Assembly: GCF_006345805.1 (NCBI RefSeq)
Contig: NW_021835992.1
Location: 248,001-312,000 of the forward strand
Reading direction: 5' to 3'
From: Octopus sinensis
Taxonomy: Eukaryota
Length of the DNA: 64,000 nt
The notes under the pieces are model-generated. The model saw only the letters and a program-made list of their open reading frames with translations, was not told the DNA's origin and ran no database searches. Every line of letters begins with the position of its first letter. The stretch's first letter is position 1. The translations under genes and the position numbers were made by a program. Shown here in pieces: positions 24,618 to 34,612 of the stretch.

Positions 24618-25590
24618 ATGTTTGGATTTTTTAATGCTGTCATTGCAACGCTGACTAACTTTATCTCTAAAGGACTAATGATTAAACCTTGCACCAAAAA
24701 GACGATTATATGCTCGGAGAACATTCATAAGGCTTTTGACTCCGTGTCTAGGAAAATACTGACTAGGAAAATATTTCTCAGCAATATCCCCTCCATCAAA
24801 AAAAAGTCGATAGCTAATTTCCTTACTAAGCGAAGAGGAAGATTTAATACAAAAAGTACAAAATCGAGCTCGGAGTATTTTCCAAATAGAACACCAGCTC
24901 TTTTCAACGGATCTCCTGATGCCAAAAGCTGAAGATTTGTGGTTCCCTTTCTCCAACCGAGAGGTCGCAAAATAAGCAATAAAGCTGCAAAATTATTTCT
25001 ACGGTCTTGAAGGGTGGTTATTAATAAACCGACTATAAACAAGTCCAGGAAAGTCGATTACTGCCATCCTTACCTCAGCAAAAAGACTCGAAAAAGCAGG
25101 AGTAAACGATGTGGAGATACCATTCTAAAAATTGCAAAATATTTTACAAGTAACATACAACACCATATGTCTTTCTCGTAACAAGTGAATGATGTGATCA
25201 CGAGATGTTTAAAGAAATTCAACATACTCAGAGTTTTTCTTCAAAAATGCAGGCAGTGGATGAGCCTCGCCATTTGCCAAACCGTATATAAGCAGCACAT
25301 TGAACCCACAATTAGTTACGCATGCGCATCGTGGGGAAATACGATCAGCTACACCATCGGGAAAAAATTTTGAAAATTCAATCAAGAATCTGCACAACTC
25401 TAAAAAACCTAACGAACAACTAAATGTTGCTACTTTTGAGGAGATCTTGCAAAGAAACGTGGGAACGACATACCCAATGACACCCCCGCCGCGCCCCTAC
25501 AGAAAATTCGGGAACAAGGGAAGAACGTCAGGAAAAAATGAGGATCCTCCTTAGAGAAGCTGGGATTACCTGATTAGTTTTTTTGTGTTT
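24618..25590 (+). mobile_element. Decayed Jockey-like LINE RT 3' portion
   Basis: IHKAFDSVSRKIL, then VYKQHIEPTISYACASWG; frameshifted. Confidence 0.65.
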
Positions 25591-25599
25591 TTAAATGGT

Positions 25600-27540
25600 G
25601 GTCTTGGCTGAATAATAATTATTATAGCACTTCCCGTAGTAACATGAACAGAATAAGTCATATTCCCACGCGTGCCGCACACAATACGACCTTTCTATAA
25701 TTATTGTTTTCCAGCTTCCGCGGTTTTGGGCCTGTCTGCAGAGTTTGTCCAGGTCGTCGCAGTTGTTTAGGGTTTTTCTCGCGCAAGTAAGGTCGTGTTG
25801 CAGAACGGCCGGCAGTGTTGTTTGGAATCGTTTGCGAAATTTTGGCCCATTTGACAGGAAGTGTTTTTCTATGGCTTGATAAATAGGGGCAGTTGAGTCC
25901 ATTCTTAAGATGTGTCCAAATAATCTCCAGCGGGCGTCTATAATGTCATAGCCCCGAGTTGTTAAGCCTGTAGAGGGTTGACTTGTTGATTTTCTGAGGC
26001 CAGTGTAACCCATTTAAGACACGAAGCTGTTTTCTGTGAAAGGAATCAAAATTCCTTGTTTCGGTATCGAAAATGCTTTATGTAGATGAAAGGGTTTTAC
26101 AAAAGCATTGTAGATTCTAGAGCAGAGGTTTCCAAGCTTTTTTTTACGCGCCTCCCTTAGAGAAAAAGTACAATCTTGCGCCTCCCTTTATATTCCATAA
26201 TATAATACAATTATTATTTTATCAAAAACAATTTTTTAAAACAAAAAGTTAATGAGATAATTTTTTTTCCATCTTGGCGCAAAGTTTTTCAAATCTTGGT
26301 GTCATCGCAGAGAGTGCTACTCTTAGCTCATTAGTCACTACTAAACGAGTTCGATATTTAGATTTAATTGCAGCTAGTGCAGAAAATCCAGTTTCGCATA
26401 AATATGAAGTAGCAAATGGCAACAAAACTTTCATTGCTTTATTCGACAAAATTTCATATTCCGTTCTTACATTCAACCAAAAAGAAATTAGCGGTTCTCT
26501 CTCAAATTTTTGTTTCAATAATGTATCGCATGACAATTCTATCAATTTTTCTTTTTCAAAAGTTGTCAATGCAAATTGATTATCTTCTTCATCAATAAAT
26601 GGATTCTGTATCCATTCGAACATTTTACAGTCGAGATCTTTAAAATAGTGAGCAAAATGCTTCAACAAACAATCCAAATGTTCAGCAAATATGTCTTTGT
26701 TTGCTTCAATGTTCACTATGGCGCAAAAGGTGTTTAAAAGTGGAAACATGTCATAGATATTTTTTTGTATATTCGTGTGAATCCTAACAATAAGTAAGAT
26801 GGAAAGTATTTTCTTGTCTTTGGAGTGGTATTGATTATATTCCAATCATTTTGATTTTTGAACCATCGTCAAAATCTTTATTATTTGTCAATTTTCTTTT
26901 GCAACCACTCAAGAATTTATTCATGTGTTAAAATTATTTAATTGTCTAATAAATTAAATAAATTTTGAAAAAATATAATTTTTAAATTAATAACTCTTAT
27001 TATCGGAATATAGTCACGTTTTTTACATAGATATAATTTTCTAAAAAATGTTTCTGAAATACTTTTCGCGCCTCCCTTGACACGAGTCAACGCCTCCCTA
27101 GGGAGGCGCGCCTCCCCATTTGGAAACCTCTGTTCTAGAGGGTAGAGAGGGGTGCAAAAAACAATCTCGTAGCCAGATTTTAATGACGGTTTTTAGAGCA
27201 GCAGCGGCCAGAGTTTTTGTGCGCGTTATGTCCTCCCGGTCTCCAACAGTGAGCCATGCTTTTTCAACAGTCTCCATAAGCTGGATATCTCAACGTAATA
27301 CATCGACAACGTTGGACTTGTCAGTATTCATAATTAGGGACCATTCTCCGAGTTTTCCCGGTGCAATTTCCAATTGTCTGAGGAACGCGGATTTGATTAG
27401 CGTAAATTACTTCAGTGATTAGCCCCTCATATAAGCTTATCAGCTCTCGCAAGCCAGACTAGAGGTAGATCACAAACAGCAGAGGCAAGGGAGAGTTACC
27501 TTGAGGGGTCACCACATTTGTCAGGAAAGGTCTGGACGAT
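25600..27540 (-). mobile_element. RTE-like LINE fragment interrupted by a hAT element
   Basis: 27400-27145 reads LEIAPGKLGEWSLIMNTDKSNV...GDREDITRTKTLA; 26110-25700 continues YNAFVKP...FDSFHRKQLRVLNGLHWPQKIN...ARWRLFGHILRM. Same family as 45807-47442. Confidence 0.8.
26123..27132 (-). mobile_element. Internally deleted hAT (Buster/Charlie-like) transposon, 1010 bp
   Basis: 13-bp perfect TIR CAGAGGTTTCCAA; 8-bp TSD TTCTAGAG (26115-26122, 27133-27140); subterminal cgcctccc repeats; retains dimerisation-domain coding ...FWLNVRTEYEILSNKAMKVLLPFATSYLCETGFS. Confidence 0.95.
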
Positions 27541-28078
27541 GATGTTCCAAGGCGAACAGTGAGTTTCAAATGTATGTGGTTGAAATAATAATAATTTAAT
27601 ACCAAATAAAAATTTAGAATCTAACTACAAATTCAGAAATGAATAATTGAAATTACATTATAATATATTTATTTTATTATAGTTAATTTTATCTGGGAAA
27701 CCAAATGTAAATATATAACCAGTGAGAAATTTCTTTGTGAGAAATTTTTTGTTGTTTGTTGTTTTCTTAATTTGATTAAATTTTATTCTATTTATACAAT
27801 TAAAATTGGTTAAATATATTGTTGACTTACAGAATTTCTTATAATATTCGACATTCTGTAATCAAATTGGCCTTATTCTTACAATAATTTAATCATTTTT
27901 TCCATTTTAACGCTTTATATACTTTTTGGATTTTTGCACACATTTATTTTCTGTCTATTTATTATTATATTTTTATTTTCAATGCCATAAACATATTCCT
28001 TTATCATATTTTTTCAGCGATTTTGGTTTTATCCACGCATTACCATGTAATTTTGAGATAAGGTAATTAAATCGAAAT

Positions 28079-28330
28079 GTGGTTTTGAAGAGATTTTTTT
28101 ATTTAAGATAAGCAATCAAAAAGTTCGAATGTCAATCTCCTTCTGTATATTCGATGATTATGTGTGTGATTTTACAAGTCTTATCATGAGAAATATGTGA
28201 AGAAATAATGTGTGGTTTTGAAGAGATTTTTTTATTTAAGATAAAAATCAAAAAATTGGAACGTCAATCCCCTCTTTCAGCGTATTATATTATTATGTGT
28301 GTGATCATGAGAAATATCTGAAAATGCAAA
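28079..28330 (+). repeat. Tandem duplication, period about 133 bp
   Basis: gtggttttgaagagatttttttatttaagataa...gtcaatc...attatgtgtgtgat...catgagaaatat starts at 28079 and 28212. Confidence 0.85.
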
Positions 28331-29339
28331 ACCACATTCTTGTCAATATAAAATATTTCTTTAAAAATTAGCCAGATTTAGTACATAAATTTCGTTTTTT
28401 CTCATGGTCTATCATTTCAATAGCGTACTGTTTTCAACTTAATACATAGCCAGATCAGTAAAATGAGTATTAAAATATATTTATTTATGTTATTTATTTT
28501 TTTAAAATCTGGTATGTGTCCTCTAATGAATAATGAGAATTTAATCATTTATTTTTGCAAATCATTATTTTTGCAAATATGATTCTACAAATATTTTGAA
28601 TTTTTTTAGTTTTTGGAAGTTTTGGAAATATATAACTATAATTTATAAAATTTTATTCAACAAAGAAATAAATAAAGATTTAATCAAAAATGCGGCTTTT
28701 TAGAAAAATTCAAAAATTCCATTAAAGAAAAATCCGTGATGTCTGTCCAAGAAGTAGCCTCTGAATCTAGACTGTTCGCTTAGATAAATCTGCCCTTCCG
28801 TGACAGAACGTAAGAGGGTGAAATTGGTGTAAAAAATTACGAAAACTAAATAAAAATTATGCCACGAGCCGAGAATGAAACCGTGCCGAAGGTTAAAACT
28901 ATGACAATTGAAATCAATGTTAAACAATCTTACTCCCTTTTCTAACTGTCCATAAACTAACTTGTTTTTTAAAAAATGTTAATCGTTATCAATTATTGTT
29001 AATGGATGCTTATGAATAATCTGTTAATGCTAGCAAGAGTAGGTGCTGAAAGAGTAGTAAAGAGCCTAAAAAACAACACAGCTAAGCCGCAGTTTCCGCG
29101 GAACACGGCGACCGAGATTTGCTAAAAGAGCCAGTTCGTCTCCTTCCGTTGTTTGTTTTCAAGGAAATTCTTCTAACAATGTCAGTGAGGAGTTGAGACG
29201 CGGCCTCGCCGACAATTCCTAAAGTTCCGAATACAAGGGGGCAAACTTAAAAACGTCTGAAATACACAAGTACCAAACCATTATTGTTAATTACTTTTTA
29301 AGACGTTTAAAATGCACCTTTCTCATTAGTTTTAACATT

Positions 29340-30300
29340 GACATAATTTTTGGACAATTTTAGCTGCTGAGGCTGCCAAAATGAGACAAACTAAAAAGAG
29401 AGACAATACTTATGACCGCTGTCAAAAACATTGGGTTTCTCGAATTTTCGGCCAATTCACATATTCATTGCAATACCAATGATATTTTTGAATCAAAAAA
29501 ATTTTGGAAAAAAGATCTTTCAGTAAGTGGAGGTGCGAAGTCTGATAGTTTATTGTGTTCGAGTGATCTGATAGCCTAAGTTGAAATTTGGTTATGTAGT
29601 AGTCTGAACATAGTTGATCTGTTTTTCGGGAAGGTATTTTTAAGAGGGGTCTTAATTTTTTCCCAAGAATTACGATAATTTGACTTTTATTTCTTGGCAG
29701 AAAAACACATAACGCCACGCTAAGACCGGAAGGAAGGTGAGAGATCCCTATTTTTCAACTGTGTCGTGCCAGAAGAACTCGTCGCCTCGTGAGCAAGGAA
29801 ACGATAACGAGAATTAACCCCAACTAGAAAACTAGCCTCCTTCGGATTCGAACCCACGACTGTCCAGATCCATTATCTATAGCTTAAGCTTGAGTAAAGT
29901 CAATATGTTGAGAAAAGAAAAAGCATTGGTCAAAGATGACCCCAAAAACTGGAATGTTTGAGGACGAGTATTTTTTCCTGTGTATATCGGGGCTGACGTT
30001 AAACTGTCGTCGGTCGGGGTGAATAAAATCATAGATGATTTTGACAAAAACATCACATGGTTAAGTCTTAGTCAATTAGTGAGACATTTTAGATTTGTTT
30101 GGAGCCTGACTGTACCTTCGGTGTTTGAGGCAATATCGTCTGCGTAACTTGAGAGTAGTGTTGCGTTGTTAGTGGGCATATCGCTTAAATAGAGGTTAAA
30201 GAGTTATGCAGTACGCCTATTGGCAGGTAGCAGAATCGAGATTTTTTGTTCGCATATTTTGTACGCCCAAGTCTCCATGAGAGGAAGATAGTTGGCTATA
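29340..30300 (-). mobile_element. Decayed Jockey-like LINE remnant carrying the SINE copy B
   Basis: Minus-strand RT-like fragments (LLSSYADDI near 30140-30165); many stops. Confidence 0.5.
29735..29895 (-). mobile_element. tRNA-derived SINE-like element, copy B
   Basis: Perfect B-box GGTTCGAATCC (plus strand ggattcgaacc, about 29844-29854) upstream of the body shared with 13285-13440. Confidence 0.65.
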
Positions 30301-30460
30301 TTTTGATTTTATGGAGAATGTCGGATTCACAGATTTTTGTTTCAGTTATATTAATTATGAATAACTCCATAAATAAAATAATTTAAAATTATTTTTATTT
30401 TTTATTATTTATAAATAATAAATAAATAAATTTCGTTTACTTGTTTGTGGTGCAGTATTT

Positions 30461-30994
30461 ATGGACTATACAGCAATCATTAGTTTTTCATCTTTTTTAA
30501 GTTCAATTCTCATTGCCGTTTTATCCTTACTCCAAGTAGGACCACAACTAACATTTTTAAGGCCAGCAACTTTGAAGACCTCCTGCAGAACTACACGAAT
30601 GTAATCGATCATTGTAACTTTACAAATAAAGTATATTTTCTACATTTTTAACATTTAGCTTCTTATTTTTGAATATATTGCTCAATTTATCGTAACCATA
30701 TTTTGGTTATTTACAGGAGTCATTACTTTCACTGCCTTCAATATAGCAATCTCGGCTTATAATATTTGGAGGTTTAAAATGATCATATATTACAAACAGA
30801 TATCTAAAAAGACCCCAAATGTCCGGATATGGGTTATATGATTACGTAACAGTGATGAACAATGACATCAGCAGTTATGCAATTCGGGAGGGCTACATTA
30901 AGATGGCCACATATGGACTGAGTGCCATTCTTTAATTGCTCATGTTATACGAGGTTTATTGAACTTTAGGTTTGTCTTTCTTGTGGCAAATTGA
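30461..30994 (+). CDS. CNIH: Cornichon homolog (141 codons, 5 exons) with an in-frame TAA at codon 131
   Basis: Introns of 26,28,28,26 nt give ...NFEDLLQNYTNVIDHCNFTNKLLIFEY...AYNIWRYLKRPQMSGYGLYDYVTVMNNDISSYAIREGYIKMATY..., colinear with cornichon/Erv14; TAA at 30933-30935. Confidence 0.85.
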
Positions 30995-31060
30995 ACTAAT
31001 TTCGATGATAAATTGATAATTCTTTTATTAATTATTCTTCCTTTTTATAATCATTGAAAC

Positions 31061-34000
31061 GTTGTTGTGGACATGGTGGTTTCTTGTAAGAAAAGAATAA
31101 AACATGTTTCAATCGACTTATCTACGAAAGTTACTAAAAGAAAAAACAAACGGAGCGTAGAGAATGTGGTTATGTCCAAGGCACAAGAAGTTTTTAAAAA
31201 TGATCTTAAAGAACACCTTCTCTCTGCTCAGTGTATTGTTGACACTGTTCACGCTGTGGATAAGAAACAATGGGCAGTGGAAGTCGTTGAGGCTACAAAA
31301 TCCAGATTCAAGAGGATGCCTCGTGGCCTCTGATTACAAACGCTTTTAACTCAAAATTCGGGACATCGAAGTCAATTGCTAATTTTAAATGCTTGCTGTC
31401 TATCAAGTCGAGTGAATCACTCTGTGGCCTTCCGGGAGAGGAGGTACAGAAGGCTGAAGTCGCAAATTTTAAAAAATGCTTTGAGGAGTTTCGTTGCCAA
31501 ATTGGGAAAGTAATTACAATGGGAAGGAACGTTCGTATCCCTACTAGGAAAATTCCAAGCCAGTTGCTTAAAATAGAAATTTTAAATGGTATTAATGTAG
31601 CAATAAGGGAGTACATTGCCTATTGTGGATATTAATGTTATCACGGACATCATATATGCAGGACAGTGCACTTATGAGAACCTTACCAAGAGGGATAGTA
31701 TTAAAAGTAATTGGGAAGACAACATGAAAGGCAAACTTACCAAACTTAAAAAGCAACTTGAGCAAATTCGAATGGTAGTCAAATGAAAGGGAAGAATCAG
31801 TTTGACGAAGATACACGCAATACCTTGTGTGCTTATGGGTTTAAGAAGTCAAAGAAGGGAGAATTCGAAAGAGTTATTTCCGTTGTGTGTGACCAAATCA
31901 AGATTATTGAGAAAAAGTTGAGAATTTATGAATCGAGAAAAGGATTTAGAAAGGCAAATTGGTGTTTCGAACTTAATAGAAGGCGATTCTATAGAAATAT
32001 TAGTGGAGATAACAAGAAGGGGATGATTAATTTCGACGAAGATGAGTGCCTTTCTTTTTGGACTAGTATTTGGGATAAGGTTGAGCGAAGGGAGAAGAAT
32101 TTTCTGGTTAGCAAAAGAGTAACTGGATCTGAGAATTCTTATGCTAATTTTACGGAAGAGGCAATTATTGATACTATCAAGATGCTTCCAAATTGGAAAG
32201 CGTCTGGTTGTGATGGAGTGTACAACTTTTTTATCAAAAACTTTCTTCAATCCATGAACACCTTTGTGCCGAAATTCAAAAAATTATTAATGATGAATAT
32301 TCACCTGAGGAGTGGTTTTACACTGGGGTGACCTATCTCATTCTAAAAGTGGATGTATGTAATTCCCCAAAGGATTTAAGGCCGATCACGTGCATGCCGA
32401 ATCTATATAAATTATTGACAAAATGTGTGAACAGAAAATTGTCAGAATATGTTGATTCATATGATTTAATAACTGAAAATTAGCTGGGAACAAGGAGAAT
32501 GTGTCAAGGGGCAAAAGAACAAGCTATTGTCAATCAATGTTTAAATCAAAAAAATGGAAACAATTTATGTTCTACGTGGATTGATGTTAAAAAAGCCTTT
32601 GATTCGGTCGATCATGAATTTTTGGGCCAAGTATTGCAAAATTCTGGTCTCCCCTTCTGGATTATTAGATTTATTAATAATCTTATCACAAAATGGAAGA
32701 TAAGGCTTAATTTAAACAATAATACTCTGGGAGAAATTAAAATAAAGCGAGGAATTCTACAGGGAGATTCTCTTTCACCGCAGATCTTTGCTTTGTTAAT
32801 GGACCCTCTAAGTCGATTGCTGAATGGAAAGTTTCCGAAAATAACGATGGGGACTCCAGGAAATGGGGAACCCACTTATGCAACTAATCACCTCCTCTTT
32901 ATTGATGATATAAAACTGTTCTCTCACCATAGTGATTCTATGGTTATGATGATGGAAGAAGTGGATTTGTTTTTTGATGCAGCTGGGCTGGAGAGAAATT
33001 TTGAAAAATCCGCAACAAATGTGAAGTTATTGTCTGGCAAAGCCCGGTTCCTTGATGGATTGGATGGATATCAATATTTGGGAGTCCTTGAGGATAAGAA
33101 CAGTAATGTCCTTAAAGAAGAAATTATGAATAAAATCTATAAAGAAGCATCTACGCGTATTGAAAATTTGACAAAAACTGATTTAAACTCAGTTAACCTG
33201 TTTAAAGGGATAAATGAATATGCACTCTCACTTTATAACTATTACATTGGATTGATTGATGTGGAGCCTGGAGAATTTGAGCAGATTGATAAGAATATTC
33301 GCCGAATTCTTATGGACAGACGTATACATTTCCAACACGCAAACAAAGAAAGATTGTATCTACCAAGAAATAAATTTGGAAGAAGCCTGGAGTCTGTCAG
33401 TAATAAAGCTGAACGGATGCTCCTCCAATTTTATAATGACTTAGAACATAAGGCAAATTACTGCCTGAGAAGAGAAGGAATTCTACGGGTCATTAATTCA
33501 AAGAAAACCCACATGGCCACTATCGTAGAATTCATTTCCAGAAAGTACAACATTGGGATTGCAAAGGATTTGACAATGTCGACATTGATGGAAATACAGC
33601 ATGAATATCTGCTTAAAGAAATTGAGAAGAAGCAGATGCACTCTATCTTATTTCAATGTCTGAAAGACACGGAAGTAAATGTTTGTGAATCTTCTGGATG
33701 GTTGGTTAATGGAAATCATTCCCCCATGACTGAAGGGAGACTGTGTCTACTTCAGGACCGCAACATGTTTTTTGATAATGGAGAAAATAAGTGCACGCAT
33801 TGTAACTCGGCAAGAAAAACAGTTGATCACCTTGCAACTAGGTGCGGGAGAATGCTGAATAGCTCATATCTCAGACGGCATAACGAAGTAGTCAGATGTA
33901 TTCACTTACATCTCTGTCGTCAATAAGGAAAACTAAGAGACTAAAGACACACTCAGTTCAATCTGTTGTTAGCAATGAATTTGTGGAGATTCGTGTGGAT

Positions 34001-34532
34001 ACTACGATTAGTACGGATACAGCTGTGGCGAATAACAAACCTGATATATTTGTCCATGATAAAGTGAGGAATACAATCACCCTTATCGAAGTTGGGGTTA
34101 CTTCGCAAAATTGCCTAAAGCAGGTCGAAGTTGAGAAGTTCCACAAATATGACTTATTGGCAAATGAACTTGAAGCAATTCATCACGCAAAAGTGAAAGT
34201 AATCCCTGTTGTAATGACCTGGGATGGAATTGTCTCAAGATTTTTCAAGGGTCATCTTGATGTCCTCAAGCTGGAAGAAAGAGTGAGAGCATATATTCAG
34301 ACAGTGGTTCTGAGGAAGACATTGGAGAGCATGCAGGCTGAAGAGAGGCATGGTATATCGATACCTAGTGAGGAGAAAGCTGAAACGGAATGTCAACCAA
34401 GGGCAGCCTCAGAATGTGGAGTGTGCTTCGACGAGAACACACCTATACGGTCACTGGATTATGGGCCCAAAAAGAGAAGATTAAGCTAATTAATTAATTA
34501 CTTTAACATGGATTTTTACGATTAGTATCTGT
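31061..34532 (+). mobile_element. Full-length but disabled RLE-type non-LTR retrotransposon
   Basis: 13-bp TSD TAATCATTGAAAC at 31048-31060 and 34533-34545; ATG at 31073; RT, CCHC and RLE motifs with several stops and frameshifts. Confidence 0.92.
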
Positions 34533-34612
34533 TAATCATTGAAACTGATTTTTAGTAATTAGAGGTCTAAAAACACAACAAGTTGAATAAACTAAATTTA
34601 TCGTCATTTTAG

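Noticed and set aside
28079-28330. CRISPR-like or regular repeat array
   Set aside because: Only two diverged copies with no unique spacers; an ordinary tandem duplication in a eukaryote.
29820-29895. tRNA gene
   Set aside because: Only a B-box/T-arm is convincing; no full cloverleaf, and it continues into a repeat body, so it is called a SINE.
17810-30935. Stop-codon reassignment (TAG or TAA as sense), suggested by in-frame stops in the mu and cornichon genes
   Set aside because: The mu copy also has frameshifts and its TAGs replace different residues; intact genes use TAA and TGA as true stops and contain no in-frame TAG.
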